Origin: Lenisia limosa
Lineage: Eukaryota > Protista > Breviatea
DNA: 38,645 bases
Assembly (NCBI GenBank): GCA_001655205.1
Contig: LPNZ01008651.1
Coordinates: forward strand, 1 to 38,645
Reading direction: 5' to 3'
Below, piece after piece: positions 20,281 to 34,091 of the stretch. The notes below the pieces were generated by a model. That model had not been told where the DNA came from, searched no databases, and saw nothing but the letters and a program-made list of their open reading frames with translations. The position numbers and the translations under genes are program-made. The number at the start of each line of letters is the position of its first letter. Within the stretch, counting starts at the first letter, position 1.

Positions 20281-22612
20281 ATGTTTCGTGACCACTTTGG
20301 TTCACGAGAAAGTGCCCCCCTCGTGCAACCCCTTCGGTTATCTCAAGATGATATTATGGAAAAACGATCAGATGGGCGGAAGAACCTTGAACTGAGGCCG
20401 ATATGTTCGTCGCTCATTCTCATTCTCACTTCTGTAGTCATGAAAGTTGGAGTTTTGAACCAATCAAGCGGTTCTGCCTACCTTGAAATTGGGAATACAA
20501 AAATTGCGGCTTCAGTGTATGTGATTTATTTCTCTATTTCACCAGTGAATGAGCCAATATTGTTATTCTTCCAGACGAAGCCCCTCAATGTCAATGGATG
20601 CGTTTTCAGCAACAGCCTCTCTCAAGGTTGGTGCATGCGTTGTTTTGGCTGATAAATAGTGGTGGTGTATTTCAAGATTAGAGATTTTGTTTATATTATT
20701 ATTTGCATAGGTGGAGGTGAAGTATGCTGAATACTCCAATACCAAATTAAAGAAGGCTGAGCGTTTTGGAGAACAGGTGGGGAGAGGAATGGTCCTTTGT
20801 CTCTCTTGTTAATTACACTCCAGACACCTAATGAAGCATTTATGGCCCAAGTTGTGAAAGAAGCCGTGGAACCTGCTATTATGCTGGAAAACTACCCGAA
20901 GTGTGATATTGAATGTTACTGTAAGAGGGATTATGACAAGTAATCATTGTTGGAGTACTGCCATCAGCTGATAATTTAGTGAAAGTTCTTGAGGAAGGAG
21001 GCGGAGTCATTTCAGCAGCGGTATTGGCCCTGAGCTTGGCGTTGTGTGATGCTGGAATCATGATGACTGACATACCAACTGCATCATCATCGGTGGGCTT
21101 CATGAACTATATATTGTAAAGGTTCTATTCTAATCATCATCAGGTAAGTGTCAAATATTCTAATCATCATCAGGTCTTTAAGTGCCAAATATTCTAATCA
21201 TCAGGGCTGTACAGTTTCATGTTTTAGACTGGTTGAGTAATGAAAAAAAACCCATGATTTTTCAGAGGGTTCGAGTTGATATGATATATTTTACGTTGAA
21301 TTACTGTCTCTACTGAAAGAATTTTTTTGTATAATTTCAAACAGTGTGTTTAAAATATTTAAATTCACGAGTTCATCATTATTATCATATTATATCGATA
21401 TATCATAGAATAGTGTATCATTACATCAATATAGTTTTTTTGGGGTTTTTATCTTCTCACTTTTGTTTCAAAAATCTACAATAGTTTATCGCTCTCTCTA
21501 ACATTGTGTCCCCGTATATGTATACCACCCTTAACATCCTACCCTGGAGTGATGGGATGCGATGCTGCAGAAGCCTGGCCTGGGCTTTATTTGTTTTTTT
21601 GTTATCAATCGTCGTGTGTTTTCAGCCAACAGNNNNNNNNNNNNNNNNNNNNNNNNNNNNNNNNNNNNNNNNNNNNNNNNNNNNNNNNNNNNNNNNNNNN
21701 NNNNNNNNNNNNNNNNNNNNNNNNNNNNNNNNNNNNNNNNNNNNACTCCGTCCAGAAATATGTGAAATTTTAGAGTATCAATATGTGAAATTTGGCCATT
21801 TTTTCATCATTTTGTACCAAAAACAGCTTTTTGAAAAGTCCAAGTGATCGTACTTGTCCCCCCATTGGTATGGTTCACTTATCGTTCACTTTATCTAGCT
21901 ATGAGAAGAAGAACAAGTAACAACAGTACGTAAAAGTGATTTCTCAGTATTTTTTGACAATTTTGAAGGATAATATTTCGTGTTGTTTTTTATTATTTGA
22001 CAAAGTTGTTTGGATTTTTTTGAAAAAAACTACATGACGCACTCAGAGCATTGCAAATAGTGTCAGACATGGGAAAATCATGAACACAAGAATTTGAACA
22101 TTCTACAATTTCACATATATATATCTGGACTGTGTGCCATTTTTTCATGTATATGTGTAATTCTTTCCTATAATTACGTTAAAGTGAGGTTTTCAGAAGA
22201 AAATCATGTTTTTGCATAAACGTTCTTCAGTACTCACACAACAATCATCCCTTTAACTCTTGAAGGTAGTAATAGGAGGTGAAGTGCGAGCCGACCCCTT
22301 GTTATTGGAGGAGCAGGTATCGTCCGCAACAGTTTTTATGTCAATCCTACCAAAATCCCGCAAGGTATTATTTTGTTTTTGTAATAATGTGTTTTTTTTG
22401 CTCTTTGTTATTTTTCTTCTGAAGCTGACTGTTAAGATTATGTCCTTCTCTCAGCAGGGTTCATTAACAGAGGAGGAAGCTGCCTTGGTATGGACTCCCT
22501 GTCGCCCCCCTTATGAATTTAGAGCATGGATGTTTGCATGGATACAGCCAATCAAGTCTATATGATCATGCGAAATTGTCTCGCTGAAAATGTAGAAGGT
22601 CTTCTAAAATGA
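20281..22612 (+). CDS. EXOSC6: RNA exosome RNase PH-like subunit, MTR3/EXOSC6-like
   Basis: KRSDGRKNLELRPI|..GVLNQSSGSAYLEIGNTKIAASV...AVEPAIMLENYPKCDIECY|VKVLEEGGGVISAAVLALSLALCDAGIMMTDIP, then after intron 21093-22265 VVIGGEVRADPLLLEEQ...SMDVCMDTANQVYMIMRNCLAENVEGLLK*. The Rrp41 versus Mtr3 assignment is inferred. Confidence 0.8.
21126..21205. repeat. Triple direct repeat TATTCTAATCATC(ATC)AGG
   Basis: Three copies about 30 bp apart at the start of the long EXOSC6 intron. Confidence 0.85.
21747..22132. mobile_element. Possible MITE bounded by imperfect inverted repeats in the EXOSC6 intron
   Basis: GTCCAGAAATATGTGAAATTTTAGA (~21750) versus TCTACAATTTCACATATATATATCTGGAC (~22102-22130, reverse complement). 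The left end abuts an N gap; no TSD can be seen. Confidence 0.4.
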
Positions 22613-22884
22613 AGTTTTAATGCAATTAATAGGTTGGTGTCGTGAACAATACATCCTTCAAAATATATCTTGGTTTGTTATCTCGATAAATCCTCGATAA
22701 AAATCGGTATTTTACCAGTACATTTCTGACCGTGGGGAGGGCTCATCTCTTCAGTTCCTTCGTTTGAAACCTGTTCTCCAAAAAGATTTCAGCACCTTTT
22801 CAGTTTATCATCCAGTTATTATCTTTCACAAGAAAAAATATATCATATCAACCAACCCCATGAAACAACAACATAAACCCCCAT

Positions 22885-25800
22885 TTATAGAATTTGACAG
22901 CACCCCTTCTTCTTCTTTTTCTTATTTCCTGAGAGAAGCTCCTCAGTATCAGGGCCTGTTTCTTCTTCGGGTGGTGGAATGTCCACTCGCTTCTTGTCTC
23001 CTGCAAAAGTAAACAAGGCAAACAAAAAACAATAAAGGTTAAATTTTTCAAACAATGATTTAAGACCCTCTCTCACCAAGCATATGAGGCGATGACTCAA
23101 CACCTCCAAGGTCTCCCCACCCAACATCTACCTTGCGACCGCCTCGCATAATGTAACCCGAGGGTTTAACCTCAAACTGAATCCAGTTATAATACAGAGG
23201 GAAAATGAAATTGATTGACACTGCACAAAGAATGCCTGGACCACCTCTGGCAACAGACCTTGGCCTTGCCAATGGGAGCAACAGCAGCCGGGGCGGCAGC
23301 TGGGGTATCTACCATGGCCACAGGTGCTAACGTCGGCTCCTCAGCAAGCTCCGGCTTTTTACGGTTGGCAATAATGATACCAAGGGCAGCTAGGGAGGGG
23401 GGGGGGGNNNNNNNNNNNNNNNNNNNNNNNNNNNNNNNNNNNNNNNNNNNNNNNNNNNNNNNNNNNNNNNNNNNNNNNNNNNNNNNNNNNNNNNNNNNNN
23501 AAGTCCTCCAAGGGCAGCGAGAATGAGGTAGGGCAGGAAGAAGAGCACCCATGGGAAATCCTTCTCTTCGGATTCGCAACCTGAAATAATAAGTGCTTCA
23601 CCACTATGCCAGCCAGGTGGTCAAGATACTTAAGTGTATGATAAGCTGACTACATAGGAGTCAAGATACTTCAGTGTATGATAAGCTGACTACAAAGGAG
23701 TCAAGATAGTTTTCGAACCTTGACACACGATGGTGACCGAATGAAGGACTGGGCCACGGGTGTACTGTTCACGATGCAGTTCAACACGAACTTGGATATA
23801 GCGACCTTGGATCTCCTAATACTATCATTCCAAAACATCCAAGATTACTATCATTTGACAACATCCAGACCATCTTAAGTTACACTTGGCTTACAGTGAT
23901 TCTTGTTTCATTGACTGAGGCGGGGAACACGTCAGGATCATCAGAAGCAGCAACACGAACAACCACCTCTTCATCCTCCGCAAGCTTGGAATCCTCTTGA
24001 AGGTCGGCGTCAATCTAAACTGCATGACCACAGGTCTACAATCAGCTCTTGCAACTACAACCCTCCCCCTCCTACCAGAACCTGTGCCCACCAAGCACCC
24101 TCATTTCCTTCGCCCAAGTCGTAGACGATAATCCAGGAGCCAGAAGTGGGTGATGCGGACGCGCCAGCACCAGTCAGATCAGAGTAACTATACATCGAGC
24201 TGGAAGGTCAAGAATAGTGCAACAAAAGGTGTTTTTACAATAAATGTAAGTATATTCAGAGACGTACATACCCTGGGAGGATAGGTGAAACCCAGTCAAC
24301 AGCTCCTTCACCCCGATTAAGATCAGGATTAATTCGCATAATAGTCCTAAGGGGTGAATAAAACTACAGGCCTAAAAGTATAAATGGCGCTTGAATAATA
24401 TAATAAAAAAAGATGTGTACTATATCAAAATTTATTTTTCTCAATCTCTCGATGGTGTCTCAAATGTCTATTGAATAGAATTGAGTTTTTTTTGGGAAAA
24501 TATTCACCATTGCCCAATATCAGATAGGGAGAGAGGAAGGGAGAGGGAGAAGGCAATAAAATATATAAAAACAGTTTCAGTTCCTACTTTGACCTGTAGC
24601 AAATGGCAAAAAGATAGCCATCCCTGTCAACAGACACGCCAGTTGGACCCTCTCCCCATTGTGTTTCTGTCGAATCGAATGGCTGTGGGGTGAGTAGGGG
24701 ACATTGAATAAGTGAAATGAACCATCTCAAGGATTTGGAGTGGCCTTACCGTGTATTTCAGCTCAATGTTGCCGATGTGTCTTCCAAAGGGGTTCGTGTG
24801 AGCCACAGTACGTACTCCGCTTCCTGCTGGGTCAATACTCAGTAGTCGCAATTGTGGTGGACCTGACGCGTACCAAGTGAGTGAGCAACCCAAACAGTGT
24901 TATCATGGTCAACAACACAGCCTTGGGCTGTAGCAAGGCCTTGGGCTCCTTCAAAGATCTCCATCTAATGTTCAATTATTTGAAATGTGAAGACTGAGCA
25001 CAATTCTAGAAAGACAAACGAGAGTCAACTCACATCTCCGGTCTCGTCTTCTCCACGAACACGCTCCGGATCGAAGCGGACCAGTGACATTTCGGGGTTC
25101 GAATATTTGGTTCCCCAAATGTGTCTACTACGCCCACTACACAGTGACAGAAGAATATCTTCCAAAAATAAGACGTTTCAATTTTCGAGTTTTTCCCTTA
25201 TTGATAATGAGACTGAATGAATGCACAATAAATCACGGGTGCTTACGTGCAAACACCGTAGATGCCATAACCTCTGTTGTCAACGGTCGTAGCCTCAGAA
25301 TTCGGAAGGTTGAGATCCCACATGTATAATGCTGAAACATTTAGATTCAAACGTTTTTGTAAAACACAAAAAAAAGATCCAATCATAATAAAATATAAAC
25401 CCGCTGCCAACATCCAGGGGCTGAGTAGATAGTTCCCTTCTTATCAGGGTCTAAACTCTTGAGGTAGACACCACCATAGCCTAAAATATCACGTGGCAGC
25501 ATTAATAAGAACATCATACGTTGAAAAAAAACTCTTAAATCAGAAAATTGGATCGGAGGCAAGACCATAAAGTAAAAGGGAATCAATTATTACCTCTTTC
25601 ACAATTGAGTAAATGGTGGTTATTAACAAAAAAACATATTTTATCTCACGGAAGGACTGTCAGAGTGACTTTCATACCGAGTCAATTATCCAATTATCTG
25701 AGAGCTTGCTTTAAGAAGATCCAACCCAACCTCCAGCAACTTGGACTCCATAGTCTTCAATTACTTCTCCTTCAGGGGACAAAACGCGGAGATGCTAGGA

Positions 25801-26648
25801 TGATGAGAATTGACTCTGATCACCAGGGGGAAACATAAGACCACCTTGAGAGAGCGACCCATGTAATAGACGTTGTTGTACTCGTCAATGGTAATATGGC
25901 GGATGTCAGTGTTGATAGAGGCATCATCCTTGTGGTAGAGAAGAATACATTCGTCTTCAGGTTCCTTGCCAGCCTCCCAGGGCATAATCTCATCAATTGC
26001 CTATATTGTGAGCATGTAACCAAAAATTAAGAAAACTCTCACTCTTGAAGTGTCAATGATTCCATTTCCATTCCTGTCGACGCATTGACCAGTCTCCTCC
26101 ATGCCAATCTTGGTCATGCTTCCCTCGGATCGGTTTCCAACCCAGCAATTGGCATTACTAAGAGGTAAAGTTAGAGCCTTTCTGGCAAAACAGGCTTCAG
26201 GAAAAAAGGGTTTTCAAATATCTAACATAGAAAAAGAACTATTGCTGTTTCGCCACCAACGAGTCAATACCGATGCGAGAAGGATTTTGAGCTCCACCAG
26301 GGGATGTTTTGTACATGGCAACAATTTTTGGATAGGGTCTACATGCCGTGCAAAGCTGAATAGGTCAGATAAGAAGGATATCGGAACAATTAAGCAAACC
26401 TTAGCAACATAGCCAGCAGACGAGACCTGATGAGTTAGTTCAGTTCATATTACTCAATAGGTACTTACAGGGATCCACATTGAGGTCAGAGACGGGGAGA
26501 GAGTAAGTCTAATTGATCCTGGTTGAAATTCATGATCCATGTTAACTGCAAGCCCCATATAGAAATCTTCTTGCGTTGTGTAGGTAATTGGCCGCAATCC
26601 AAAGCAGAATGTAAAGCAAACAAAAAAAAGAAGCAGTTCCCTTGCCAT
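22885..26648 (-). CDS. Type-I membrane protein: signal peptide, bacterial-type beta-propeller and beta-sandwich ectodomain, TM helix, cytoplasmic tail ending in polybasic CaaX
   Basis: MARELLLFFVCFTFCFG-LRPITYTTQEDFYMG...YKTSPGGAQNPSRIGIDSL...CWVGNR...CVDRNGNGIIDTS...EPEDECILLY...VDHDNTVWVAHSL...GPTGVSVDRDG...MRINPD...YSYSDLTG...GSWIIVYDLG...VVVRVAASDD...GRYIQVRVEL...PVLHSVTI...FPWVLFFLPYLILAALGGL[gap]AALGIIIANRKK...FEVKPSGYIMRGGRKVDVGWGDLG|GDKKRVDIP...KKKKKKGCCQIL*. About 14 or more GT-AG introns; one N gap within the TM region. Confidence 0.8.
23621..23708. repeat. 40-bp tandem repeat (about 2.2 copies), intronic
   Basis: TCAAGATACTT(A/C)AGTGTATGATAAGCTGACTACA(T/A)AGGAG at 23621-23660 and 23661-23700, plus a partial third copy. 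Confidence 0.9.
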
Positions 26649-26872
26649 CTTGCTGAGATGAGAAGGNNNNNNNNNNNNNNNNNNNNNNNNNNNNNNNNNN
26701 NNNNNNNNNNNNNNNNNNNNNNNNNNNNNNNNNNNNNNNNNNNNNNNNNNNNNNNNNNNNNNNNNNNNNNNNNNNNNNNNNNNNNNNNNNNNNNNNNNNN
26801 NNTGCGGAGAGAGAGCACACAAGCGAAAGAACGACACACAGGCAGGATTCGACCCAGAGGATTGTCTCTCAA

Positions 26873-31592
<4,720 letters not shown>

Positions 31593-32015
31593 TCCTTTTT
31601 CTTTGTTTATCTTTATCTATTTGTTTTTTTTTTGTTTCTTTGTTCGCGTGTTGCAATTTTGTACAATAGATTATGAGAGCATATTTTTGAGAAACAGAAA
31701 AATTCCGCATTGCACAAATCACAAAACAACAACAGCAGGCCCAGACTCCGACTGTGCTGAGTGGTAACCTTTGTTTCAACCCCTCTTACTGTCTGTGAAA
31801 TATATGCTGAGGGATTTTTGAGTTTTTGTTTTAAAAAACAAATTCATGGATTTCAAGCTCACCTCCTCTTATCCATCTTTCATTATGCTAGTATCTATTC
31901 ATTAGGCCAAAGAGTGACCACCAAGTGACCACAATATCAGGTGGTGTATTAAATCCAAATTACTCTAAAAAACCATCGTAACCTTAAAAAGAAAGAAAGA
32001 AATAAGAGGTAACGC

Positions 32016-33209
32016 TTAGGGCTCAACTGGTGAAATTTTGTTGATCAGAGCAACAGGATCAGATTCAACAATAAGCCTCTCAAAAACATTCTGTTCAATG
32101 AAACCTAATAAATCAGTCTTGATTCAATGGTAGTCATTCTAACCTTCCTCAACAGCTTGCTCGATCCAGGCGACGATATGGTCATAGAATCCATTGACAT
32201 TTAAAATCCCCACTTTAGCTGGGTAGAACCTTGGGGATTAGAAAACAACCCCAAAAACATACCCGAGCTGGTCATTACAGAGAACTTCAAATAACTCATC
32301 CATTGAACCGTATCCTCCAGGAAGAACTAAAAGCAAATTACAATAAACTAGTTCACACCCCTAACCAAAACCCCTATTGCGTTTAAATGGGTACCTCAGG
32401 CATAAGGGGACTTTTTTATTGTTTTTCGAAAAAAAGTTCGAACTATTTTTCGAATATTCTAGAAGCTTTTCGGCACTTTCATCAATAGGTCCCTCCTTCC
32501 TACCTATGCTATAAATTGGAAAATAACAGTTTCAAAATTGGATTTTGAAACTGTTATTTTTTTGAAGCCTCAAAAAATCAAAAAAAAAATAAGGACGCTA
32601 GTAGGGGGGGAGTAACCTATCAAAAAGTCCAAAAGTTGCAAACATTCGAAAAAAAAAAAAAATCAGATTTCCTTATGCTTAAATTGCACCCATTGAGGGT
32701 TTTGTTTTANNNNNNNNNNNNNNNNNNNNNNNNNNNNNNNNNNNNNNNNNNNNNNNNNNNNATAGGCATTGGAAATAGTAAATATGTGCTCCTTGCGAGC
32801 AGACATCGAGTCGACAACAACCACATCACAAGGACTGTCTCCAGAGATTTCACGAGGCTCAAGGGCACTGGGAATCACACCAATCACCTGTTACATCAAA
32901 TAAATAACTTAATCTATTAAAAGCTCAAAAGCTCACCTTGGCTCCATTTTTGTGTGCCGTTTGAGAAACAGCACCCCTAAAATAATAATTAACAACACTC
33001 AAACCAAATCACTCACATGATACCAACAGAACCACCACCATAAACCTGTAAAGTGAAGAAAGCAATGTAACAACAACCCTTCATATGCCTACCATCTGCC
33101 ATCCTTTCTCAGCAATGTGCTGCCCAATCACTTCGGCAGTTTCCTGGTACTTTTGATTCTTTCCAAAGCGAGAACCACAAAAAACACAAATACTGAAAGG
33201 TTTAGTCAT
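32016..33209 (-). CDS. LOG: LOG family nucleotide 5'-monophosphate phosphoribohydrolase
   Basis: MTKPFSICVFCGSRFGKNQKYQETAEVIGQHIAEKGWQM|VYGGG...VIGVIPSALEPREIS...VVVDSMSARK...PGGYGSMDELFEVL...VGILNVNGFYDHIVAWIEQAVEEGFI. Contains the CVFCGS, YGGG and PGGxG(S/T)xxE motifs. 3' end approximate. Confidence 0.88.
32520..32560. repeat. Perfect 19-bp inverted repeat with 3-nt loop in a LOG intron
   Basis: AAAATAACAGTTTCAAAAT-TGG-ATTTTGAAACTGTTATTTT. Confidence 0.92.
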
Positions 33210-34091
33210 ACTCAAAGTGCAGCAAGTCAAGTCAGCTTGAAAGTGGGCCTTATTTTTTTTTGCCCCCCTTTGTGTCTTAATACACAGCCCCATGCTACGA
33301 TGAAAGTGATCGGGGGGCCCGGGTAGAGCCCGGGTACCAGGGAGAGTTCAATTTTTGCATGCATTTTTAGAGCCCCCTTCTTCGCCCTTCTTTCAGTCTA
33401 TTGCCCTTCTAGGTCATTCCTGCCTAGTTCCTGCAGAGTTCCTGCCTGACTTCTTGACCCTCTCTTGATCTGTGGCTTATTTTTATTAATGATTAAAAAT
33501 GAAAATAGCTCAAACCAAGTTTAGTGTTCTCCATTTTGATGATACAGATTCCCTCTAAAAGGAAAATCTCACGTTGATGGATGCTCTTGTCCACTCACTC
33601 AGACGAACTGAAAATGAAGAGACACTTGATGAACTTTTTGTTTTTTTTTGTACATTATTCATTTGTATGTTGTGTGTGAGCTATATCTCTTGCTCTCTCT
33701 TTCCTTTCTTGATTTTTTTTTGTGGTTGAGCCATCAAAGCGCTATTCATTTCCTAAAAAAAAAGACAAATGGATAAATGGATTTACGATTGTTTCTAAAA
33801 GGTCAGTGACCTGTTAGTGACCGTCACCAATCCTTTACTGTGTACTTCCGTGTTGCTTCCGTGTGCAGGCTTCTCCCAAATGGCATTTTATCACTTTCAA
33901 GAAAAATGTGTGCCGCCAAATTATCCTGCGGCTGCAGACCAGGAGATCATCAAACACGTCCACATCTCGCTTTAATTCACCGAATCATTTGCCTCACAAA
34001 AATCATATGCATATCACCATTCCCCCCAACTACCAACCTGCTACTTTTAAGTTTGCTGTACGCAACCATGTATCAATACAATTTTCCAACA

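Noticed and set aside
22885-23127. Small Ras/Rho GTPase suggested by the CaaX end
   Set aside because: No G1-G5 motifs upstream; the exon splices to a TM-protein tail instead.
23621-23708. CRISPR-like array
   Set aside because: Repeats are directly adjacent with no spacers, inside a eukaryotic intron.
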